Source: an archaeon (GTDB lineage Archaea; Nanobdellota; Nanobdellia; Pacearchaeales; GW2011-AR1). Taken from it: DNA of 54,255 nt. The DNA is taken from positions 1 to 54,255 of the forward strand of contig JBDRNU010000011.1 of assembly GCA_043810775.1 (NCBI GenBank), written 5' to 3'. Below are positions 18,024-25,076 of this stretch, in pieces; within the stretch, counting starts at the first letter, position 1; every line of letters starts with the position of its first letter. A program made the translations under genes and the position numbers. The notes beneath the pieces were generated by a model. That model was given only the letters and a program-made list of their open reading frames with translations, ran no database searches and was not told the origin of the DNA.

Positions 18024-19050
18024 TATCCACCCCCACCTGACCAGAAGACTCAAAATTCAGGGGCCTGCGCATTAAAGAATCTGAATCTCCCATATTTCTC
18101 GCACCCTGCCTCAAGCTTAAGTCAGTAGTCATTCTCCAATCCATTAAATCTCTAACAGGTGCATAATTTGCATCTAGCTCTAAAATTTTCTCAACTTGAG
18201 TAGTAGCATTATAGCGATCCCCTTTATCAAGCAAAACTCTTGCAAGGTTAAAATGATACTCAACATTATCTCTATCCAATCCTAGCGCAGTTTTATAAGC
18301 CTTAATAGAAGCTTCAAGATCACCTTTCTCCCTATAAACATGCCCTAAATTACTATAAGAAGGAGCATGATCAGGAGCAAATTCCACACATTTTCCATAA
18401 GCTGTAATTGCTTCATCAAACTTACCTTTTTCAAAAAAAGCATTTCCTAAATTATTATAAACAGGTGCATAATTTGCATCTAGCTCTAATGCTTTTTCAT
18501 ATTCTTTTACTGCTTCATCAAACCTCCCTCTTTGATACAAAACAATTCCTAAATTATTATGGGGAGGTGCTAGATCTGGTCTAAGTTCAATTGTTTTTCT
18601 AAGTATACTTTCAGCTTCACTAAGTTGACCATTGTTTTGTAAAGCATTTCCTAAATTATTGCAAATCACAAAATTATGGGGGTCATATTCTAAAGCTTTT
18701 TTATAATCTTTGATTGCCTTATCTAATTTACCCTCTTTAACAAGATCTTCAGCTATATGGAAATAATGATCTCTTCTTGCAACATCTATTTTATGCTCAT
18801 TATTTACTTCTTCTGTTTGCTCAAGAATCGCTCCCCCCCTATTAGGATTATCATTTCTAGCTTTATTCCAGGCAGGTACAGTAACAGCTGCTATCATTCC
18901 ACAAACTCCCAATACTGCTGCTAACTCAACAGCTCTAAATCCCTGATGTTTTTTATGTTTCTTTTTAGGCTTCCTTTTAATATACTTTTTAAAGCCTCCT
19001 ACTTCACCCAGTTCAGCCAGCTCTTGTTCTAAATTATCTGTCATTTTCAC
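18013..19050 (-). CDS. NLEQEL-leader TPR protein with prepilin-like hydrophobic segment
   Basis: Likely ATG at 19044; QGFRAVELAAVLGVCGMIAAVTVPAWNKAR; about 6 TPRs; 30-bp internal repeat at 18154-18183 and 18460-18489. Confidence 0.85.
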   Translation of the reverse strand: MKMTDNLEQELAELGEVGGFKKYIKRKPKKKHKKHQGFRAVELAAVLGVCGMIAAVTVPAWNKARNDNPNRGGAILEQTEEVNNEHKIDVARRDHYFHIAEDLVKEGKLDKAIKDYKKALEYDPHNFVICNNLGNALQNNGQLSEAESILRKTIELRPDLAPPHNNLGIVLYQRGRFDEAVKEYEKALELDANYAPVYNNLGNAFFEKGKFDEAITAYGKCVEFAPDHAPSYSNLGHVYREKGDLEASIKAYKTALGLDRDNVEYHFNLARVLLDKGDRYNATTQVEKILELDANYAPVRDLMDWRMTTDLSLRQGARNMGDSDSLMRRPLNFESSGQVGVDNGK

Positions 19051-19603
19051 TATCCTTTAAATCATAAAAATAAGCAGTAACTGAAGCATTATATTTAATA
19101 TCTGCTCTAAAAGGCCCTGCAAGAGGTTCTTTAAAATTAAAAATTGAACCAGAAATCCTGATTTTTTCTTCTTCTATTAATACTGCATCATGTTCCCTAT
19201 CTATAGCTTCCTGTTCAGCTTTTTCCCTTAATAAACTTATTAAATCCATTATATGCTTATTTTCTTCAGGATCATATTGGGGATAAACCTCCCCCATAAA
19301 CACACGATTATAAGAAAAATTATAATCTCCAGAAGGAATTTCAGTAAGACCTGCTTTTTGATATTCGGCAGAAACTGAAATTCCTGCAGTCCCAACCATC
19401 CTATAAATTTCAGTAGGAATACCATCCTCACTTAAAAATACAGTTGGCTGAGAAGGTTTTTTCAATTTTCTTTTTTTTAAATCATCTACCTGAGCTCGAA
19501 TAGCTTCAATTCTATTTATTAATTCTTGTCTGGCTTCTTTATCTGAATTTTCAGCTTCTCTTGCAAGTTCAGCCAGTTGTTCTTCTAAATTATCCATCTT
19601 CAT
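19034..19603 (-). CDS. NLEEQL-leader small alpha/beta protein
   Basis: PTVFL...EKAEQEAIDREHDAVL...YNASVTAYFYD. Confidence 0.78.
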   Translation of the reverse strand: MKMDNLEEQLAELAREAENSDKEARQELINRIEAIRAQVDDLKKRKLKKPSQPTVFLSEDGIPTEIYRMVGTAGISVSAEYQKAGLTEIPSGDYNFSYNRVFMGEVYPQYDPEENKHIMDLISLLREKAEQEAIDREHDAVLIEEEKIRISGSIFNFKEPLAGPFRADIKYNASVTAYFYDLKDSENDR

Positions 19604-20018
19604 TTTTTTCTTTCAATTTTTTTATACGTTGATCTGGAGATATATTTAACCTTTTATCCTCAGGATTTGTCCAATAAATATCTCCATGAGTATCTGAATA
19701 TTCTTGATAAAAAGGGCATGATCCATAAGGGAAAAATCTCCTTTTCTTAAAAAGACCTTTCGAATCCTGCTTAAGAGCACATCCTTTATGATAAATAATA
19801 AGACCTACATCTTTAGAATAATCTTCTCTTCTTGTATCTGTTTTTTCAACAAAAAATTTGCAATTAACCTCTCTCTCAAAAATCTCAATTCTTCCATTTC
19901 CTGTTTTTCCCTCAAGAACAGAACAGTGCATTTCTATGGGATAACTTCTAGTTTCTTCAGGCTGTTCAACTTCCCTGCTTAATTCAGCCAGCTCTTGTTC
20001 TAAATTATCCATCTTCAC
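19590..20018 (-). CDS. NLEQEL-leader small Cys-containing protein
   Basis: MDNLEQELAEL; four Cys (HC, NCKF, GCAL, CPFY), possibly metal-binding. Confidence 0.75.
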   Translation of the reverse strand: MKMDNLEQELAELSREVEQPEETRSYPIEMHCSVLEGKTGNGRIEIFEREVNCKFFVEKTDTRREDYSKDVGLIIYHKGCALKQDSKGLFKKRRFFPYGSCPFYQEYSDTHGDIYWTNPEDKRLNISPDQRIKKLKEKNEDG

Positions 20019-20580
20019 TACCTACCTGATCATAAAAATAAATAGGAATTTTGCAAGAATATTTAAGAGTTCCTCTTGGATGCCCAAGATCCAGAGTACC
20101 TCTGCTAAAATCAGAAATTGAAATTCTTGTATTAGAAAAAATTTCAGTTTCATTATAAAACACAGCGTCATGTCCTCTATTCCTAGCTTCATCTCTCGCC
20201 ACCCTATAAACTTCTTCTTCTAAATCAATAAAATGTTTTTCCTGAAAATCATCATAATAAAAAGGCTTATTATGAATTTCATTACTCTGTGTTAATAAAA
20301 TCGAATTTTCATTTAATTTAGAAACTTCATCACTATTATAAGTTAAAGAAATATTAATATTTACACATTCTATACTAGCTCTTAATTCATACTTTCCTGC
20401 TTTTTCATAGTTATCTAAAACTTCTTCTTCATTTCTAAATACTAAAGGCTCTCTTGGCTTTCTAGAAATATCACTCACTATTCCCAATACTTTCTGTATT
20501 AACTCTCTAGCTGTTGCATCTTCTAACTGTCCAGCTTCCCTGCTTAATTCAGCTAATTGTTCTTCAAGATTTTCGCTCAT
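20005..20580 (-). CDS. NLEEQL-leader small alpha/beta protein
   Basis: PLVFR...VARDEARNRGHDAVF...YSCKIPIYFYD. Confidence 0.78.
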   Translation of the reverse strand: MSENLEEQLAELSREAGQLEDATARELIQKVLGIVSDISRKPREPLVFRNEEEVLDNYEKAGKYELRASIECVNINISLTYNSDEVSKLNENSILLTQSNEIHNKPFYYDDFQEKHFIDLEEEVYRVARDEARNRGHDAVFYNETEIFSNTRISISDFSRGTLDLGHPRGTLKYSCKIPIYFYDQVGSEDG

Positions 20581-21254
20581 TTTGGTAAAAATATCCTCCC
20601 TCCCCTCTGCTTTTCAGGCCATCCAATTCCTTTTATTCCTTCCTTAAAAGCTCCAACAAAAGTTTGTTCCCTATCAGGATCCATATATTTTGGCTTGAAT
20701 CTTTTATGCTTGGGCAATACTATTTCAGGCACATCAACTCTTCTTCCAATAGGATCAAACCTTAATTTTGTTTCCTCATCCCGAAAAGGAAATCCCAATA
20801 CTAAAACTCCTTGTTCATTTGTCCTTAAAAACCGAAAACCTACTCCCCACTCATTAAGTGTAAATAGATTTGACGCAGATCTATTATCTCTATAAGTCGT
20901 CACTAAAACCTGCCATTCAGAACCAGCGTCATGAGAATTTGCTTTTATTAACAAATCTTGATAATCCTTATTATCTTCATAACTTTTCCAGATTTCGAAA
21001 GCATCAGAAAACATTTTTTCTGCCTGTCCCCTATTCCCTTGATTAGAGTTTATTACACCTAGATTATAATGGGCTTCTGCAAATTCAGGTTCAAGTTGAA
21101 TTGCTTTTTCATATTCTAAACTAGCCATATTAAGAGCTGCTGATCTCTGATATTCATAAGCCTGTCTAAAATGCTCTAACGCTTGGGGATTTCCACTAGT
21201 AATATTTTCTATTCTTGCCAACTTTGCAAGCTCAGCTTCTAAATTATTCTTCAT
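20577..21254 (-). CDS. NLEAEL-leader TPR protein
   Basis: YEKAIQLEPEFAEAHYNLGVI TPR followed by an unknown C-terminal domain. Confidence 0.8.
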   Translation of the reverse strand: MKNNLEAELAKLARIENITSGNPQALEHFRQAYEYQRSAALNMASLEYEKAIQLEPEFAEAHYNLGVINSNQGNRGQAEKMFSDAFEIWKSYEDNKDYQDLLIKANSHDAGSEWQVLVTTYRDNRSASNLFTLNEWGVGFRFLRTNEQGVLVLGFPFRDEETKLRFDPIGRRVDVPEIVLPKHKRFKPKYMDPDREQTFVGAFKEGIKGIGWPEKQRGGRIFLPK

Positions 21255-22191
21255 TTTTATCCTCTCTTAAAATATCTTGTAATCTTTTAGAACTTGGAAA
21301 AGAATTAATATCTTTTCCAAAAACACTATCAAATCTTCGCTTCTTTTCGCTTTTAGCTGTGAAATATTTAGATCCAAAATGAGTGGTTTTCCCAGAATAT
21401 ATATTATGTTCTGTAACACTATTGTCTGAGTGTCTGGAATAAATGACCTTACCAGAATAGGGGTTTACTTCAATAACCTGGATTATTCTTTTGTTATATT
21501 TTTTCTTTCCTGAAAATAAACTAGCTAAAGGAGCGAAACTAACCTTAAAGTAGACATCAACGTAATTAAATTCTTTAACTTCTTCTAGTAATTCTTGAAA
21601 ATACTCCTGATTTGACTCTTTAGATATATCTTCCGCCATTGCTCTAATTTCAAGTTGAATTCTTTTTTTATCAACCAAATTTGTTGCGTTGATAGGAAAG
21701 AGTTTATCTTCTAACATTATCTCAGGATTAGTTTCTTCCTTAATCTCATCTAATCTGCTCCAATATTGTTTAAGTCTCTCTCGCAAATCGTTTTCCCCAT
21801 ATCTCCCCACTGCTAATTCTCTTTCTTTTTCCCTTGAAGCAGGAGACTTTAAATCTACCTCTTTTTTGTTTGAAATAGCTAGTTGAGACTCTTCATTTTT
21901 CTCAGGCTCATATTGCTCAGGTTTACCCCGACTTAATATAATATTTTTAGATTGGTTTAATAAGTTTTTATTTTGCTCTGCAAAGTGATTTATCTCATGA
22001 GATTTAATTTTTTTCGCTGCATAATCCATCCCGCACACAAATGAAAATCCAGCAAGTGCTACCAATCCTGCTGGAATCAATGTCTTCAAATTAGGACCTT
22101 TATTTTTTTTAATTCCTGTTTGCTCAATTGAGTGTATTATTGGTTCTACTCTTCCAAATTCTTTAAGCTCTTCCTCCAAATTATCTTTCAT
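21244..22191 (-). CDS. NLEEEL-leader, single-TM protein (paralog of 9028)
   Basis: KGPNLKTLIPAGLVALAGFSFVCGMDYA; FAPLA...NKRI...VNPYSGK. Confidence 0.8.
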   Translation of the reverse strand: MKDNLEEELKEFGRVEPIIHSIEQTGIKKNKGPNLKTLIPAGLVALAGFSFVCGMDYAAKKIKSHEINHFAEQNKNLLNQSKNIILSRGKPEQYEPEKNEESQLAISNKKEVDLKSPASREKERELAVGRYGENDLRERLKQYWSRLDEIKEETNPEIMLEDKLFPINATNLVDKKRIQLEIRAMAEDISKESNQEYFQELLEEVKEFNYVDVYFKVSFAPLASLFSGKKKYNKRIIQVIEVNPYSGKVIYSRHSDNSVTEHNIYSGKTTHFGSKYFTAKSEKKRRFDSVFGKDINSFPSSKRLQDILREDKNEE

Positions 22192-22853
22192 TCTAAAACC
22201 TCCTTTTCAAATCTCCCCCCACCATTCCTATAAAGTCTAATGTCCACATCCCAAGCTCCTTGATTATCAACAAGTCCTCCAGAACGAACATCTTCATTCA
22301 TCCCCAAATAAAGCCTACCATTAAGAGGTACATCAAACCTTTTCAAAGGGCCAATATCAAAAGTAAAAGAACCGGGAGTGTAAGGAATATCAATCATTCC
22401 AACTAAACCATAAGCATTATGTCCTGGCGCTAAAAAATTTATATCTTTAGTAATCCTTTCTCCTTCTGGACCTATTGTATAATGAGCCAATCCAATTTTT
22501 TTAAACCTAACCTTTCCTCTTGCATCAAAATCAATTAAGTCCCCTTTTATTACATCGATTCCAGTATCAGTCCAGTCATCTCTCTTTGAATCAATCTTCA
22601 AAGCATGAGTTAAATGTAATCTTGGGCCATTAATTTGATTATTCTTATCAGAATATTCTATTATTTTGGGTGAATTTTTATTAAGTTCATAAAAAATCTC
22701 ATTAACTAAAGAACTTACAGGATCAACCAAAATTGCTCCAAAAACACTTAAAGTTAATACAATACTTGGCCAAAAAAGGCAACCTCTTTCCTTTCTTGGC
22801 TTTTCTTGATGACTTAATTCAGCTAATTCCTGTTCTAAATTTTCATTTTTCAT
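22188..22853 (-). CDS. NLEQEL-leader, single-TM protein with PA-IL/LecA-like lectin domain
   Basis: WTDTGIDVIKGD...ARG...GLVGMI...GRLYLGMNED...DNQGAWDVDI pattern. Confidence 0.72.
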   Translation of the reverse strand: MKNENLEQELAELSHQEKPRKERGCLFWPSIVLTLSVFGAILVDPVSSLVNEIFYELNKNSPKIIEYSDKNNQINGPRLHLTHALKIDSKRDDWTDTGIDVIKGDLIDFDARGKVRFKKIGLAHYTIGPEGERITKDINFLAPGHNAYGLVGMIDIPYTPGSFTFDIGPLKRFDVPLNGRLYLGMNEDVRSGGLVDNQGAWDVDIRLYRNGGGRFEKEVLE

Positions 22854-24283
22854 TTTTTCTTCCTTAATTCATTGCCCTTTCCCTCGCTAAGATAATGCTT
22901 TCTAAAAGTTCCGTCCCTTACCTGTGCCATAGAACATCTTGAATCATCCTGACTTAATAGCACTCCTTTAGAATTCTGCCTCATATGTAATATCTTCCAC
23001 ACATCATAGTTTTCTCTTTCCATTTCTGGAGCCTTTCCTTTCCTTCCATCCCGCTTATATTTTTCAAAATCCTTTCTCCTCTGAGTCATCTTAGCTTTTT
23101 CATCCCTGCCTTTAACTAACCAAGATGTAATAGCCTGCTCATCTCTCTTAAATTCCCCATCATAAACCTGACAAGCCTGCCCATATTTAGGGTCATTAGT
23201 AAATCCATAAGTCACAGCATGATCCTGAAACTTATCAAAAGAAGCATACTGCTCCTCAACAACCTCATCAACAGTCAAGCCTATTTTATCTCTAGGCTTC
23301 CCAAGAGACCCCATAAACTCATTATAATATACTTGAAAATCTCTTACAGCAACATCTTGCCTCTTGCCATTTGAAATAATCAATCCAGAACCTAAAGAAG
23401 AAAGCGCTTTAAGAAATTCTCCAGCATTTTCATACCTATTCTTCCAATTAACATCAGTAGCCCTGCAAATTACCTCTACTAGATCTCCTTCTAAACCAAT
23501 CTCCTTGCATCGATTCCTGATAAAATCTCTATTAAATTTATCTTTTTCTCTTTTTGAATGTATAAATGGATTAGTCTTCATAAAAAGAAAATAAGTTAGC
23601 AATCCCAAAGAATAAACATCAGATTGCCTTTTAAAAAAAGGTTTGCTTTTTGAAGTATGAAATCCCTCAGGAGCCCTATAGCTAGCAGTACCTTGAGCAG
23701 AAGAAGAAAAACCATCCTCACTAGTGCTTCCTAAATCAGAAACTTTTACAGTTCCGTCACCACAAATAAGAACATTAACTGGAGTCAAATCCCTATGAAC
23801 CAAATATCTAGACTCTTCAGCAACTTTTTCATTCCCCCTTTTTTGCTGATGAATATGATTTACACCTGCACAAATAGGCTGCATAATTTCAAGTGCTTCA
23901 CTTAAATCTTTAATATCTCTTCCAACAATATACTTATGCAAATTACCCCTAGCCATTTCCATTATAATAACAGGGAATCCATCTACTTCCTCATATGCCT
24001 CATAAATAGTGATAAGATTAGGATGCCTATGATTCACTAAAAAATCCTTTTCTTTCCTAATCCTATCAATAAGATCAGAATCACCAGCATACTTCCCGAT
24101 TTTTAAAGCAACCTCCCTGCCTAATTTTTCATCTCTTGCCCTAAAAACCCAAGCATTGCCTCCCTCAGCAATTGCATCCTCCCCTATAAGATTATATCTT
24201 CTCCCCCCATTATGTTTTATATTTTCTAAAACTCTATTTACTTTATCTAAAAAACCAAAATCAACTTCAACCATTTTTCTCAC
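22850..24283 (-). CDS. Hanks-type Ser/Thr protein kinase
   Basis: EGGNAWVF, VALK, HPNLI, HRDLTPVN, SDLG, GTASYRAPE, SDVYSLG; no TM. Confidence 0.93.
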   Translation of the reverse strand: MRKMVEVDFGFLDKVNRVLENIKHNGGRRYNLIGEDAIAEGGNAWVFRARDEKLGREVALKIGKYAGDSDLIDRIRKEKDFLVNHRHPNLITIYEAYEEVDGFPVIIMEMARGNLHKYIVGRDIKDLSEALEIMQPICAGVNHIHQQKRGNEKVAEESRYLVHRDLTPVNVLICGDGTVKVSDLGSTSEDGFSSSAQGTASYRAPEGFHTSKSKPFFKRQSDVYSLGLLTYFLFMKTNPFIHSKREKDKFNRDFIRNRCKEIGLEGDLVEVICRATDVNWKNRYENAGEFLKALSSLGSGLIISNGKRQDVAVRDFQVYYNEFMGSLGKPRDKIGLTVDEVVEEQYASFDKFQDHAVTYGFTNDPKYGQACQVYDGEFKRDEQAITSWLVKGRDEKAKMTQRRKDFEKYKRDGRKGKAPEMERENYDVWKILHMRQNSKGVLLSQDDSRCSMAQVRDGTFRKHYLSEGKGNELRKKK

Positions 24284-25076
24284 CTTTATATTTAATTAAA
24301 ACAACAGTTACATCATCTTTAGGTTGTAATTCAGCTTTTGCTTCATTAGTATGAATGCCTCTCTTTTTAGCAAGATAATTGATTAATCTCACTGGATTCT
24401 GGCAAGCCTTTATCAACCCTCTAGCAGCACTATCAAAAGGAGTCTCCTTTAGTACCTTCTTTATTTCTAAATCAAAAAGCATCTTAGTTAATCCATCTGT
24501 AGTCATTAGAACAGTATCACCTTGTCTAAGTCTGCTTGAATATAATTGTGGATTAAAGTCACTAGTATCTCCAATATATCTCTCTATACTTCCAAAACCA
24601 AATCTATCATTTAGTTTTACTTCACCTTCATCTAAACTATAATCAAGTGAAGTATGATCTTCAGTAAGTTTTCTAAACATAATCTTTCTCAACTGATATA
24701 CTCTACCATCTCCAATATGCCCCCCATATAATATTCCATTTCTAAAATAACACACATCTAAAGTAGTGCCAGCCCTCTTATTTTCTCTCTTCAAATCTCC
24801 CATACTATCAGATAAAGCGCATAAAGCCCTATTAGTATACCCTATTGCACTCTCAATTCTCTCCAAAATCTTGTTGTCAGGTGCATTACTCAGCTTCCCT
24901 ATCAAATCTTCATGACAGATTTCAGCTGCATATCTGCTGGCTTTTCCAGGAGAAGGATGTCCTCCCATTCCATCAGCTACAATAAAAATACTATTTTTAG
25001 TATCAACTATTTTTTTATCTTCATAAGGTCTTTTGCCAAAACTCCTAAATCCCTGTCTTGCAATTATTTTTAACAT
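24267..25076 (-). CDS. PP2C/PPM Ser/Thr phosphatase
   Basis: ED, VADGMGG, GTT, HIGDGRVY, LTEDH, TDGL, DDVT. Confidence 0.93.
   Translation of the reverse strand: MLKIIARQGFRSFGKRPYEDKKIVDTKNSIFIVADGMGGHPSPGKASRYAAEICHEDLIGKLSNAPDNKILERIESAIGYTNRALCALSDSMGDLKRENKRAGTTLDVCYFRNGILYGGHIGDGRVYQLRKIMFRKLTEDHTSLDYSLDEGEVKLNDRFGFGSIERYIGDTSDFNPQLYSSRLRQGDTVLMTTDGLTKMLFDLEIKKVLKETPFDSAARGLIKACQNPVRLINYLAKKRGIHTNEAKAELQPKDDVTVVLIKYKGEKNG

Noticed and set aside
18154-18489. 30-bp repeat in the TPR gene as a recombination site
   Set aside because: Adequately explained by internal TPR duplication (LELDANYAPV twice).
7236-22853. Diversity-generating retroelement
   Set aside because: No reverse transcriptase in the window and no TR/VR pair differing only at adenines seen; variation includes indels and unalignable inserts.
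7236-22853. Integron cassette array
   Set aside because: Genes overlap, leaving no room for attC sites, and no tyrosine recombinase is present.
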